A stretch of 64,000 nt of DNA. It comes from Squalus acanthias (taxonomy: Eukaryota). Shown piece by piece: positions 50,613 through 63,402 of the stretch (positions within the stretch are counted from its first letter, which is position 1; each line of letters begins with the position of its first letter). Position numbers and translations under genes: made by a program. The notes beneath the pieces were generated by a model that was not told where the DNA came from, searched no databases, and saw only the letters and a list, made by a program, of their open reading frames with translations. The stretch spans positions 59,956,001 to 60,020,000 of the forward strand of contig CM059432.1 of the NCBI GenBank assembly GCA_030390025.1, read 5' to 3'.

Positions 50613-51299
50613 GTGTACAATAATTTTAACAATTTTGCCACATTTTCACTTTTGGATAATGATGCAATAATAGGCCCAGTTATAAACATTCATTTATCAA
50701 ATTCAGAAAATTCAGCAATGTTCTTCAGACTATGTTAATAACATTAAAGCAAGTCAAGGATGAGAAAAGTTAATTCAGCACTCAAAGCTTGACTCTGTCC
50801 TGCTCACCCAATTTAGGATGAACTACATTTTGAATGTCTTTGAATCTATGGCCCTGAAAATCTGTGACCCCTCTGATGTGCTCCTATAACTTCAGTGGAT
50901 ATACTGGGTCCCAGCTTTGTGCTACACTTTCTGAGATGCCCTCTGTCTGCCCCAAGCAAGTCCATCGGTGTAAGGGGGGTGGGTGGGAGCAGGGCTGGGG
51001 ACTTGTCTCCCTACATCATGAGTTCCTTTGTCTCTGTACCCGCAAAGAGACTTGGCCTATGTACGCCCCACTAGAGGCAGCATTCTCTGTTTCCGGGGAG
51101 ACCCCAACACCTCCTATGGCCTATTTGGTGGACGGGAGTCCAAGATGAATCCACCATTCTGATGTTAATTAGTGGACCTCCCTTGACCCCCACATACCTT
51201 GGTGAGGTTAGCGGCAGAGATCTAGGGTGAGCCCATCGTAGCACTTACACTCGGATTCCACCCCACTCCCTGTGGATTTTCAGGTTCTATGACTTTACT

Positions 51300-51690
51300 T
51301 GGTAGATTACTCCAAATGTTTAATCATCCTTTGAGTAAGGACATTTTGTTCTAATATCTGTCTTAGATTTACTGTTATGTTTAAGTTTAACTTTTAAGTT
51401 TAAGTTTATCCCCTCTTGTCCTACTGACCTGACTTACCTTGAAGTAATATATTGGGTTGACCTCATCTATACCATTTAATAAATTACTTACCTAATGAGA
51501 TTCCCCCATAAATTTCTCTTATTTTTGCCCCTCACTCATCCCCTTGACATTTGGAGTCATCATTGTTGCTTTTCTGTGCACTTTCACCAATGCATGTTTG
51601 TCCATTTTTGAAGTATGATCATCAAAATTGTACAGTAATCCAAGGGTGACCTGACCAATGCAATATAAAATCTCAGACTAACCTCTAGAA
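51300..51690 (-). mobile_element. Old degenerate CR1 3' fragment
   Basis: Minus-strand remnants of YIALVR..LxYC and the TRG..KL/F segments. Confidence 0.45.
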
Positions 51691-52884
51691 ACTTAAGGGT
51701 GGAAATTGCAATGCTCCAAAGCCAGTATAGAGCATTGCTGAACACAAGCGTAGGTCAGAGATATGGCTACAATACTGTAGCCCAGATTCTATACCCTGCA
51801 CTCACATCTAGGGAGACTACATGCCAGCCCTTTATAATCCACCTTTTGAGCTATATATCACTCATATTATTTGCTTTTTTTGCTGTTTCTTGACATTGAG
51901 AGTGATGATTCTATTGTCACTTCCAGGTCTCTCTTCCTGTGTTAATTCTGTTCCCTTCATTGTATACTTATGTTGCTCATTTATTCTCCCAATATGCAAT
52001 ACGTTACATATGTTAGTTTACAATCAACCTGTTTGAGTGTTTTAGAATTTAATGGATATGTATCTATGCCATTTTCTGACTTCGAGCTGCCAGTAAGGAA
52101 CTTGCTTGCCGGCAGCACATTTCAGATATTTGGGTGCACGCTGTGTGTGTATCTCTCAACCAATACCACCATTACTCTTTGTGGGATCTTGCTGTGTGCA
52201 ATGTGGCTGCTGTTTTATCTTTCTAACAACAATAACTACACTTCAAAAGTAAATCATTAGCTGTGGAGAACTTTGGAACATGTGAAAGGCACTATATAAA
52301 TGCAAGTTCTTTCTTTTAATTTTACAAATTTGTGCTCTCGGTGAGGAGGTTTGTGTATTGGGAGCACTAGTGGGAACTAGAATGAGAAGATAATTGAGCT
52401 GCAAAGGGTTTTCTACCCATTAATAGTTGGAAAACCGTGCATGGCCTGCTGACCTTGGTCTCTGAATTTCTATGATGTGCTTCCCATAGTCAAAGCTTCA
52501 CATTGGAAATCAAATTCATGAATTTTAGCTTAACTTCTTTGTCTCTATAGCAAAACCATTGTAAAAAAAATCATTTCTGGTCCACTGCACACACCAAGAG
52601 TTGGGCAGCCCAAAAAATCAGGGAATAAATCTAAAAATATACTTCGTATTAATTCTCTATGGAACTCCAAAATCGTTGAATTATTAAAGGCTGCAAATGG
52701 GGGCAAAAATTCTATTAAATTCAAAATTGATTTACAAAGTTAGCAGCCTTTGGAAAGGCCATATTGAGGGGTGGATGCAAGGAGGGTTGTCTTGTTTGGC
52801 TCACAAGGTGGCAGTGCATCATACCTGGTAGGAGCTGGTGGTCTAACTCAATGCTGTGTGAACTGCCTGCAGGATCAGGGAACA

Positions 52885-53480
52885 AGTAGAATAATAGAAG
52901 TTTCCAGCGAAGAGGGAGACCATTTGGCCCGTTGTGTCTGAGTAGGCCCTGTCATCAACTAATCCCACTGCTTCGCACTACCCCATCTTGCCCTGCTTCA
53001 AATACTTATCCATTTTTGCCTTAAAAGATGCAATGGTCTCTGCCTCAACCATTCCCTTTGGCAAAGCATTCCAAGCTCTAACAATTCTCTGTGTAAAGAA
53101 ATTTCTCCTAATCCCTCTCTTTACTACCTTAGTAATAATTTTAAATTGACTACTTCTTGACCTTGACTCCCTATATGAGAAAATAGTCTTTCCCCTTCAC
53201 CCTATCAGAACCCTTCATGATTTATTACATTTTCCCTTAGTCTTCACTGCTCCAGTGGAAATAATCCCAGTTATGTCTCTCCTCATAACTATAGTTTCTC
53301 ATCCCTGGTGTTATTCTGGTGAATGTATGCTGCACACTCTCTGAGGCTTTAAAGTCGTTTCTATAAGGGTGCTTCCAGAACTGCAAACAGTACACTAACT
53401 GTGGTGTAACCATTACCTCTTTACACTTGGACTCTACTTATAAAACCCCAAATTCTGTTGGTTTTTTGGCTTTATCTGCC
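52885..53480 (-). mobile_element. Old CR1 3' fragment
   Basis: Tail tagaataatagaa..accatt.ggccc, and aatttctttacacagaga on the minus strand (NFFTQR). Confidence 0.7.
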
Positions 53481-53856
53481 TGCACTCACAGTTTTATTTG
53501 AAACACTAGGGCGGAGGTTTGCAACTGTCAGCATCTGTTTCTCACCTGAAAATTGGACGGCTGACAATTGAAACAGGCTGGAAGCTGCTTAAATATGTCA
53601 ATTGCAATATTCTGGTACAAATGGGTGGTGCCTATTTGGGTGGCCTAAGCAGTGGTCCTTAAAGGGCTCAGATATCACAGGGCTTTGACTCCCTTCGAGG
53701 AAGCCACCCAGGACATTTGCGAATACAACAGCAGGAAGGATTAGGGAAAGGTGGAAAAGCAGGCCTTGCCCAAGTTCAGGGCGAATACAATCTTACGCTT
53801 ATTTCTTGTCCCTATTCCCACCCACTCCACACAACCACATCAACATCACGTAGAGT

Positions 53857-53998
53857 GGCCATGAATTTCGTTGGAGCTGGTACTGCTCCGCCACTGTAAC
53901 TTTGCTGGAAATGTGGTGGAAATACCATTCACCTGCATAAAGGGGATTTTTGAAGCACTTCCACCAAAGTTACACCAGCTCTGAGGAAATTCACGGCC
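53857..53998. mobile_element. Short palindromic MITE
   Basis: TIR ggccatgaatttc ... gaaattcacggcc, with internal tgtaactttg/caaagttaca. Confidence 0.75.
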
Positions 53999-54065
53999 TG
54001 TATCTTTCAATATAAGCTGTTTGAAGGTGTGTCTTGGATTCTAACAGTTATTTATTTTTCTCTAG

Positions 54066-54182
54066 GCCTGGAACAGCCTGCCAACATTGCCAGTGACCCA
54101 GAACAAGATAACAATACACAGCGTCCCTTGCACTGAATTAACAGCTACATACATTCCCGAGGATGCAGTTAGTGAGCATGAG
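54066..54182 (+). CDS. Candidate internal coding exon (39 codons), gene unknown
   Basis: Strong acceptor ttatttttttctctag-type tract and donor gag|gtgagt. Open phase 0-0 frame AWNSLPTLPVTQNKITIHSVPCTELTATYIPEDAVSEHE; no recognised homology. Confidence 0.25.
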
Positions 54183-54356
54183 GTGAGTGATGGTACACAG
54201 GTGAGGAGGAACAGATGGTGGTGGAGAGGAGATGCAGGAATCTGTTGGCTGAATGTCCACGTGGCTGTCATTAGTGGCCCCCTGTACTTTTCAAAATTTA
54301 GCAGTGTGGTGAAATAGGGCAGTTTCATCAGTGTCCATTTGTTCTTCAGTGAGAAA

Positions 54357-54497
54357 AGAATCATAGAATCATAGAATGATACAGCACAGAAGGAAGCCAT
54401 TCGGCCCATCATGCCTGTGCCAGCTCTTTGAAAGAGCTATCCAATTAATCCCACACTTTCCCCATAGCCCTGCAAAATTTTTCCCTTCAAGTATTTA
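54357..54497 (-). mobile_element. CR1 3' tail fragment
   Basis: agaatcatagaatcatagaatgatacagcacagaaggaagccattcggcccatc. Confidence 0.85.
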
Positions 54498-54865
54498 TGA
54501 TGGTTACATTTGGACACAGGTTGATCATGATGATGCAGTGCATGATGAATAAATCAGCCAATAGAGGAAAGTGTTAGCTATGTTAACTGATGCATCAGTC
54601 ACCTGCTTGATACATATGTGGCCAACACAACAGTTCATGCAGCAGTAACAGCCTGGAATGAGCCAGGAGCAGAAGCACTAAGTGCTGGAGTGATCTTGAA
54701 CATCACTGACAATGTCATGCCGATGATGCAGGTTAGCTGCTGGTGTGCTTGTAGCCAATGGCAAAGCTCTGCAATTATCTCCCTGCTGACATGGAGCCTC
54801 TCGAGGAAGTTGTTTTCAGTGACAGCAGGTAGATGCCTATAGATATAGTTGCTTGCATAATGGCA

Positions 54866-55908
54866 AAAACAATAACAACAACAATTTGCATTTATATAGC
54901 GCTTTTAACATAGTCAAACATTCCAAGGCACTTCACAGGAGCGTTATCAAACACTGAGCCACATAAGGAGCTATTAGGACTGGTGACCAAAGACTTGGTC
55001 AAAGGGGTAGGTTTTAAGGAGTGCCTTAAAGGAGGAGAGAGAGGTGGAGTGGCAGAAAGGTTTAGAGAGGGAATTCCAGAGATTAGGGCCTCAGCAGCTG
55101 AAGGCCTCGCCACCAATGGTGGAGCAATTAAAATGGGAATGCCCAAGATGCCAGGATTGGAGGAGCGCAGAGGTCTCTGAGGGTTGCAAGGCTGGAGGAG
55201 GTTATAGAGAAAGGGAGGGGTGAGGCCATGGAGGGATTTGAAAACAAGGATTAGAATTTTAAAATTGAAGTGTTTCCAGGCCAGGAGCCGATGTAAGTCA
55301 CCGACCACAGGGGTGATGGGTGAATGGGACTTGGTGCGAGTTAGGATACGAACAGCAGAGTTTTGGATGAGTTCAAGTTTATGAAGGGTGGAAGATGGGA
55401 GGCCAGCTAGGAGAGCATCGGAATAGTCGAGTCTAGAGACAACAAAGACATGAATGAGAGTTCAGTAGCAGATGAGCTGAGGCAGGGGTGGAGACTGGCA
55501 ATGTTACGGAGATGGAAGTGGCCTTGGTGAAGGAGCGAATATGTGGTCGGAAGCTCATCTCAGGGTCAAATAGGACGCTACAGTTGCGAACGGTCTGGTT
55601 CAGTCTCAGACAGTGGGGAGAGGGATGGAGTCGGTGGCTAGGGAACAGAGTTTGTGGCGGGGACCGAAGCTAATGGCTTTGGTTTTTCCAATATTTAGTT
55701 GGAGGAACTTTCTGCTCAACCAGACTGGATGTCAGACAAGTAGCAGGACAAATCAGAGACAGTGGAAAGGTTGAGAGAGGTGGTGGTGAGGTAGAGCTGG
55801 GTGTCATCAGCGTACATGTGGATCCTGATATTGTGTTTTTGGATGATGTCGCCGAGGTGCAGCATGCAGATGAGAAATAGGAGGGGGCTAGGGATAGATC
55901 CTTGGGGA
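54866..55908 (-). mobile_element. L2 LINE 3' fragment
   Basis: [14 protein letters not shown] (tacgctgatgacacccagctctac on -) and [14 protein letters not shown], with a (caa)n tail at 54866. Confidence 0.92.
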
Positions 55909-56074
55909 ATTATGCAGATGAAACCAGTGTGGCTTAGGCGTTACTGATCTCCTCGGCATGTCTTCTTTTAGCTTGTAATACTTCAACCATGAAATACTGT
56001 TTTGGGGCGAATCAACCCCCATTATTAAATATACGTACTGTGAAATGCTGATTGCAAAGCCATCAGTTCAGTTT

Positions 56075-56735
56075 TTCTTTAATGTATTCATGGGATGTGG
56101 GCAGCACTAACAAGGCCACATATATTGTTCATCTTTAGTTGCCTTCAGAATGTGGTGGGAGCACTTCTTCTTGATCCACTGCAGTCCTTTTGGTGATGGT
56201 GCTCCCATGATGGTGTTAGGTAGGGAATTCCACGCTTTTGATCAAGCACTAATGAAAAAACAATGATATATGCCCAAGTCAGGTAGTGTGTAACTTGGAG
56301 GAGAGCATGCAGGTGATGGTGTTCTCCTGATATTTCTACTTTTGTTCTTCTTCGTGGAAGAGTTCACGTGGCTGGAAGGTCAAAGTAAATCTGACAAGTT
56401 GCTGCAGTGCATCTTGTAGATAGTACATATTGCAGCCACAGTGGTGGTGGTGGTGGCGGGGGTGGATATTGAGTCCAATGGCAAGGGTGCTGATCAAGTG
56501 AACTGCTCTGTCCTGGATGGCATTGAGCTTCTTGAGTGTTATTGTGGCTGAAGCCATCCAGGTGAGTGGTGACTACTCCATCACACTCCTATTTTGAGTT
56601 TTGTAGATGGTGAGGAAGCTTTGCGTGCTCAGGAGGGGGGCCACTTGTCGCAGAATAATTAGCCTCTGCCTTGCTGTTGTAGCCATTGTGTTAATATAGC
56701 TAGTCCAATTAAACTTCTGGTCAATAGTGTCCCCC
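56075..56735 (-). mobile_element. Older Zenon-like LINE 3' fragment
   Basis: MASATITLKKLNAIQDRAVHLI, with the same 3' end type as 50168 and 59367. Confidence 0.8.
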
Positions 56736-58522
56736 AATCTCTATCGAAATACTGTACTTGAATAGGTCATGCTCTCAGTGGGAATCAGTATTTCCCAGCA
56801 GTTGAAGTAAGACCTGATCTTCTGCACCTAACCTACACCTATGGAGGCACCTCCAGTGCAAAAAACTGTCGACTTGAAAGTAGCTGTAATTTCTCCTAAG
56901 CTGAAACACATAAACCAAGGACATCAAGCTTCCAATAAATGGGTCAGTGAAGCTGAACAGCACACCTCATCAGCTGAAGATCGTTAAGCCTGGGCCAAAG
57001 AGTGGATTTTTCATTTAAAAAAAAAATGATGTGCCGTGCATGAGGTCAAAATTAAACAAGAGAATGGTGCCTAAAAGATTGTTTTTGTACGTTAGGTGGT
57101 ATAATAATAGAATGCAATCAGAGACAACTGAAACAAAGTCTGATAGCTTGCTAATTTGATCCTGGTGATTGCTGGGAGCACAGAAACACTTGGAGAAATT
57201 ATTTAGTGATATTGGCAAGGAAGTCACAGAATTCCCATAGCCTGATGCAAACTCCTCCAACCCCCACACAGCAAGTGTGAGTCAGAAGAAAAAAATGCAA
57301 ATGTTGGAAATCTGAAATAAGAACACAAAATGCTGGTAATGCACAATAGGTCAATTAGCAACTGAAAGAGAAAAATGGTATCCTTCATCATCAATGGCTA
57401 GACCTAAAACATTAACCTATCTTTGAGACGCTGATGGATCTGTTGTTTATTTTTATTTAAAGTTCAGCAGGTGACAGTTAACCATACATTTGTTGAAGTA
57501 ATTAGTTTCAATTTTTACAAATTATTTTATAATAATAATTATAAATGAGTTGGAAATCAAGGGACAGCTGGTAATTGAATATGGTCCTAGACTAAAGACA
57601 ATGGTTTGGTCCAATGGATTAGCTTTGCCTGCTTTATCTTGTGTCTTAAGTACCAAGATCAGTAAAAACAAATATTACTTGCACTTATACAACATTTTAA
57701 CGTAGCAAAAATGACCATGGTGCTTTGCAATGATACTAATGGCAAGCTTACTAGAAAATAGGAACTGGCACAAGAGGAACAAGGAAGTCCAGATATATTG
57801 AGTAAGATTTTGGTGGAGGAGGGATTAGCCAGAGCAACTTGTTTTTTGGAAATATGTTGAATCCTCGAACAATTAGGGAACCCTGGGAATATTTTAATTG
57901 TTATTAAGATACCAAGGTGAAAGGCCAAGACCAATAGTACAATCAAGGTGGAATAGATTAAATAAGACAAAATAAATCAGGAAGGAGTGTAGATGACTGC
58001 AAGTTTGACTCCAATTGCTCCCATTTGCCTGTTGCTGTAAGGAAACTGGCAACACGGGCCCCACTTCTGCCAGCATGTAATATAGGTGTACTTTGCATTT
58101 GGGGGCAAATGGGTGACATCATCCTACCAGTCCCACCTCTTCCAGTGGAATTTTGGATTCCAGACAGCAAAGTGCAGAAACCTGGGGAATTTGGGATGCC
58201 CATGCTTAGATTGCACGATCCTCATGCTAGAGAAACTGAGGAATTTCAGGGCTGAATCTTTTAGCCTGAAATAAGACATTAGGGGAGTAATTTTACAAAT
58301 TGGTGTTCCCTGAAATTCTGTTGGGGGGTGGGGGGCAGCATTCTTTGGCAGGTGATTGGCAGAACCCCAGAGAAACAGCATAAATGGCTGAAAATGACCA
58401 AATTTAAGGGCCTGGATGAAAATCATGTGGAGCCTGCTGAACTTTGCACCCAAATTGCCAATGTAAGCTCCAAGTGTGTAAAGCTCTGCACACAAAGCAC
58501 AAATTCATAAATTTGACCTTAA

Positions 58523-59328
58523 GGGGGAAAAATTCGATTGGTTAGCGTCTCCGGGGGGCACTAACTTAGTGCCCGAGCGCGGCAATTTTAACGCCGCTCG
58601 CAAAATTGACCAGTCCTTTTGCGGCGGCGCTACTGTCATCTCCTGCGCCCACAGATCTCGTGGCATCAGTCAAGCGTGCAACGCCCCGGTAACGCCCCAG
58701 ACTGGATATTGAGTCGCACCCCCTGCCTTAGGGCCTGCCGCTAGGAACGACAGGTAGAGGGGAACGTTTTTAAGTCAGGAAGGGGCTGGGAGAGAGCTAT
58801 TTAAAGGCGGGCACTTCCTGCCTTTTCTTGACGTCAACATTTTTGGTAGACGCAGGTTGAGAGGGAGTGAGACGTCTGGAGAGATTTAACGCTGCCATAA
58901 GGGGTTTGGGCCCTCAGCGCCACTTTTGAGGTTCCTAAGTGCCGAGCTCTTTCCCTGGGCCTATCCATTAGTGCTTCCAACACAATTGCTTTGGAGGTCC
59001 CTCCAGGCTGAGATTCAAGGTTGCAATGAGCAGGGTGTGGCTGGCCAGCAAGATGGCCCCTCCCCTTTAAGAACTGGACGGCGCCAGTCTGTCTGGCTTC
59101 CATGGTTACTGACATCGCCTGAGCTTCGGTAGCGTTCTGAGATAGGGCCTCGCTCCCTGACATTTGCGCCTTAAGAGAGGTGTGTAGCGCCTGATTTAGC
59201 GCTCAAATCACCTCCTGGGGCGATAGAGGTGAGTTTTGCAGTCAGAGGCGATAATTAGCGCCAGGCACTAAACTTTGTGCCCGGCCGATATTAGCGCCCC
59301 AAAATGGGTGATATCCAATTTTTCCCCC
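58523..59328. mobile_element. Harbinger deletion-derivative MITE, family A copy 3
   Basis: TIR gggggaaaaatt ... aatttttccccc with TSD taa/taa. Homologous to 28399-29276, with a different central junction. Confidence 0.92.
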
Positions 59329-59366
59329 TAAGATTTTAGGAGACTGCTTTCACAATGGAAGAAATT

Positions 59367-60531
59367 AAAAAAAAAAATGTATTCGTCCCTGGGATGTGGG
59401 CGTCGCTGGCAAGGCCAGCATTTATTGCTCATCCCTAATTGTCCTTGAGAAGGTGGTGGTGAGCTGCCTTCTTGAACCATTGCAGTCCTTCTGGTGAAGG
59501 TACTCCCACAGTGCTGTTAGGGAGGGAGTTCCAGGATTTTGACCCAGCAACGATGAAGGAACGGCGATATACTTCCAAGTCAGGATGGTGTGTGACTTGG
59601 AGGGGAACCTGCAGGTGATGGTGTTCCCATGCGCCTGCTGCCCTTCTCCTTCTAGGTGGTAGAGTTCGCAGGTTTGGGAGGTGCTGCTGAAGAAGCCTTG
59701 GCAAGTTGCTGCAGTGCATCTTGTAGATGATACACACTGCAGCCATATTGCGCCAGTGGTGAAGGGAGTGAATGTTTAAGGTGGTGGATGGGGTGCCAAT
59801 CAAATGGGCTGCTTTGTCTTGGATGGTGTCGAGCTTCTTGAGTGTTGTTGGAGCTGCACTCATCCAGGCAAGTGGAGAGTATTCCATCACACTCCTGACT
59901 TGTGCCTTGTAGATGGTGGAAAGGCTTTGGGGAATCAGGAGGTGAGACACTCACCGCAGAAGACCTAACCTCTGACCTGCTCTTGTAGCCACAGTATTTA
60001 TGTGGGTGGTCCAGTTAAGTTTCTGGTCAATGGTGACCCCCAGGATGTTGATGGTCGGGAATTCGGCGATGGTAATGCCATTGAATGTCAAGGGGTGGTG
60101 GTTAGACTCTCGCTTGTTGGGGATAGTCATTGCCTGGCACTTGTGTGTCGCGAATGTTACCTGCCACTTATCAGCCCAAGCCTGAATGTCATCCAGGTCT
60201 TGCTCCATTCGGGCATGGACTGCTTCATTATCTGAGGAGTTGCGAATGGAACTGAACACTGTGCAATCATCAACGAACATACCCACTTCTGACCTTATGA
60301 TGGAGGGAAGGTCATTGATGAAGCAGCTGAAGATGGTTGGGCCTAGGACACTGCCCTGAGGAACTCCTGCAGCAATGTTCTGGGGCTGAGATGATTGATC
60401 TCCAACAATTACAACTATCTTCCTTTGTGCTAGGTATGACATCAGCAAGTGGAAAGTTTTCCCCCTAATTCCCATTGATTTAAATTTTACTATGGCTTCT
60501 TGATGTCACACTTGGTCAAATGCTGCCTTGA
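59367..60531 (-). mobile_element. Zenon-like CR1 LINE, 3' half
   Basis: GVPQGSVLGP, FVDDCTV and IYKAQVRSVMEYSPLAW, with an A-rich tail at 59367. Confidence 0.92.
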
Positions 60532-61589
60532 AAAAATGGGTCTTTTTTGGGGTGGCAAGCGGTGACTAGTGGGGTACCGCAGGGATCAGTGCTTGGGTCC
60601 CAGCTATACACAATGTATATCAATGATTTGGATGAGGGAACCAAATGTAATATTTCCAAGTTTGCTGACGACACAAAACTAGGTGGGATTGTGAGTTGTG
60701 AGGAGGATGCAAAGAAGCTTCAAGGCGATTTAGACAAGTTGAGTGAGTGGGCAAATACATGGCAGATGCAGTAGAACGTGGATAAATGTGAAGTTATCCA
60801 CTTCGGTAGGAAAAACAGAAAGGCAGAGTATTATTTAAATGGTGATAGATTGGGAAATGTTGATGTACAAAGGGACCTGGGTGTCCTTGTACACCAGTCA
60901 CTGAAAGCAAACATGCAGGTGCAGCAAGCAGTTAGGAAGGCAAATGGTATGTTGGCCTTCATTGCAAGAGGATTTGAGTACAGGAGCAAGGATGTCTTAC
61001 TACAGTTATACAGGGCCTTGGTGAGACCACACCTGGAGTACTGTGTGCAGTTTTGGTCTCCTTACCTAAGAAAGGATATACTTGCCATAGAAGGAGTGCA
61101 GCGAAGGTTCACCAGACTGATTCCTGGGATGGCAGGACTGTCGTATGAGGAGAGATTGGGTCGACTAGGCCTGTATTCACTAGAGTTTAGAAGAATGAGA
61201 GGGGATCTCATTGAAACGTATAAAATTCTGACAGGGCTAGACAGACTGGATGCAGAGAGGATGTTTCCCCTGGCTGGAGGGTCTAGAACGAGGGGTCACA
61301 GTCTCAGGATATGGGGTAGGACATTTAGGACTGAGATGAGGAGAAATTTCTTCACTCAAAAGGGTGGTGAACCTATGGAATTCTCTACCACAGAAGGCTG
61401 TGGAGGCCAAGTCACTGAATATATTTAAGAAGGAGATAGATTTCTAGACGCAAAAGATGTCAAGAGGTATGGGGAGAGAGCGGGAATATGGTATTGAGAT
61501 AGAGGATCAGCCATGATCATATTGAATGGCGGAGCAGGCTCGAAGGGCTGAATGGCCTATTCCTGCTCCTATTTTTCTATGTTTCTATG
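60532..61589 (+). mobile_element. CR1 LINE 3' fragment nested in the Zenon-like LINE
   Basis: SGVPQGSVLG, FADDTKL and LVRPHLEYCVQFW, with a (tttctatg)n tail and TSD ttga/ttga. Confidence 0.95.
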
Positions 61590-62243
61590 TTGATGTCAAG
61601 GGCAGTCACTCTCACCTCACCTCTGCAATTCAGCTCTTTTGTCCATGTTTGGACCAAGGCTGTAATGAGGTCTGGAGCCAAGTGGTCCTGGTGGAACCCA
61701 AACTGAGCATCGGTGAGCAGGTTATTGATGAGTAAGTGCTGCTTGATAGCACTGTCGACGACACCTTTCATCACTTTGCTGATGATTGAGAGTAGACTGA
61801 TGGGGCAGTAATTGGCCGGATAGGATTCGTCCTGCTTTTTGTGGACAGGACATACCTGGGCAGTTTTCCACATTGTCGGGTAGAAGCCAGTGTTGTAGCT
61901 GTACTGGAACAGCTTGGCTAGAGGCACGGCTATTTCTGGAGCACAAGTCTTCAGCACGACAGCTGGGATGTTGTCAGGGCCCGTAGCCTTTGCTGTATCC
62001 AGTGCATTCTGCCGTTTCTTGATATCACGTGGAGTGAATCGAATTGGCTGAAGACTGGCTTCTGTGATGGTTGGGACCTCAGGAGGAGGCCGATATGTAT
62101 CATCCACTCAGCACTTCTGGCTGAAGATGGTTGCAAATGCTTCAGCCTTGTCTTTTGCACTCGCGTGCTGGGCTCCGCCATCATTGAGGATGGTGCCTCC
62201 TCCTCTCGTTAGTTGTTTCATTGTCCACCACCATTCACGACTG
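61590..62243 (-). mobile_element. Zenon-like CR1 LINE, upstream part
   Basis: KATGPDNIP, NYCPISLLS, QFGF and VTALDI; joins KAAFD at 60531. Confidence 0.92.
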
Positions 62244-62364
62244 GGAGAGAGTGAGGCTAGGAATATTGATAGCTGAAGAAAGACAAACGTTGGAGCCACT
62301 GAATATGAGGGATGAGTGCTGCTGGTTACACTTGTGACAGAAGAGTTGAAAGAATAGAGATTTT

Positions 62365-62860
62365 GGCCCTAAAGGTCCACAGGTGCTCCACTGTACGATC
62401 TCCATCGCTTCAGCGGGAGTATGCGGGGAAACCCCGGAAACTGCCCTGGGACCCGGCTATCTCAGGTCCTGGCCTTGCATCAAAGTTTCCTGAATGTCCT
62501 GTTGGGGTGAAGTTCCCATGCCCTGAGCTTTCACTGGTTAGCAGAGATCTGCTTGGTTAGACAAGGAATACCTCGCTGATCGGGGCAAAAATGGAGCTCA
62601 CTGAGGGTTCGAGCTGGGAAGAGGAAGCATTTGAAAAAAATAATTTTCAAATATGGTCCCCATACCAAGCGGTCCGCTGGGGACAACATGTTGTTTCTGG
62701 GGGTGGGGGCTTAACCCTCTCAGCCTGGGCACCTATTCTGGACTTTTGGGCTTGTTTTACATGCCGGGCTAATTAGGATACTCCGTCCAGCCACAAAAAG
62801 TTGTCCCGGGTCAGAGGTGGGAATTCCCATCAGGCCCACTGACTTGTGATTTTCAAGGCC
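62365..62860. mobile_element. Degenerate Harbinger-like MITE
   Basis: GC-rich block bounded by ggccctaaa ... ttttcaaggcc. Confidence 0.4.
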
Positions 62861-63300
62861 TTTCATTTTTCTTATCACAAAATGGGGAAATTTATATTGG
62901 TTAGATTTAACAAATTAACACCCCTGTTGGAGAACTTCACATGATTGGGAGCACATATTGAGGATTAAGGTGCAGAGTTTGTTGACGCCATACAATTTTC
63001 CATCCATTAAAACCGAATGGATGATAAATCATGCAGGTTGTCCTAAACCCAATGACCAAATTCCCAATGTGCACTCCCATCACCTGAAGATCTACATCAG
63101 GAATGTTCATTGGTATAATATATCCTCTATAATTTATTAAAAAGAAAACGCTAGTAGCAGTCAGCAGTCTGGCTTTTCACACTCTTCGGGGTAGAAACAC
63201 TTGATCCTAAATCAATCGATTTATTTAACTCTCTTTGAAAGGTCCTCAGCAGTGGAACATTTAATATCTTGTCACAGCTAACAATTTGTCTGTAGAAATA

Positions 63301-63402
63301 TAAAAAGAAAATGCTGGAAACACTCAGCAGGCCAGGCAGCATCTGTGGAGAGATACATTTCCTGTTTCTATTTCAGATTTCTAGCATCCGAGTATTTTGC
63401 CT
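63301..63402. mobile_element. Penelope-like terminal remnant
   Basis: aaaatgctggaaacactcagcaggccaggcagcatctgtggagaga matches 8423-8470, followed by an inverted end piece. Confidence 0.55.
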
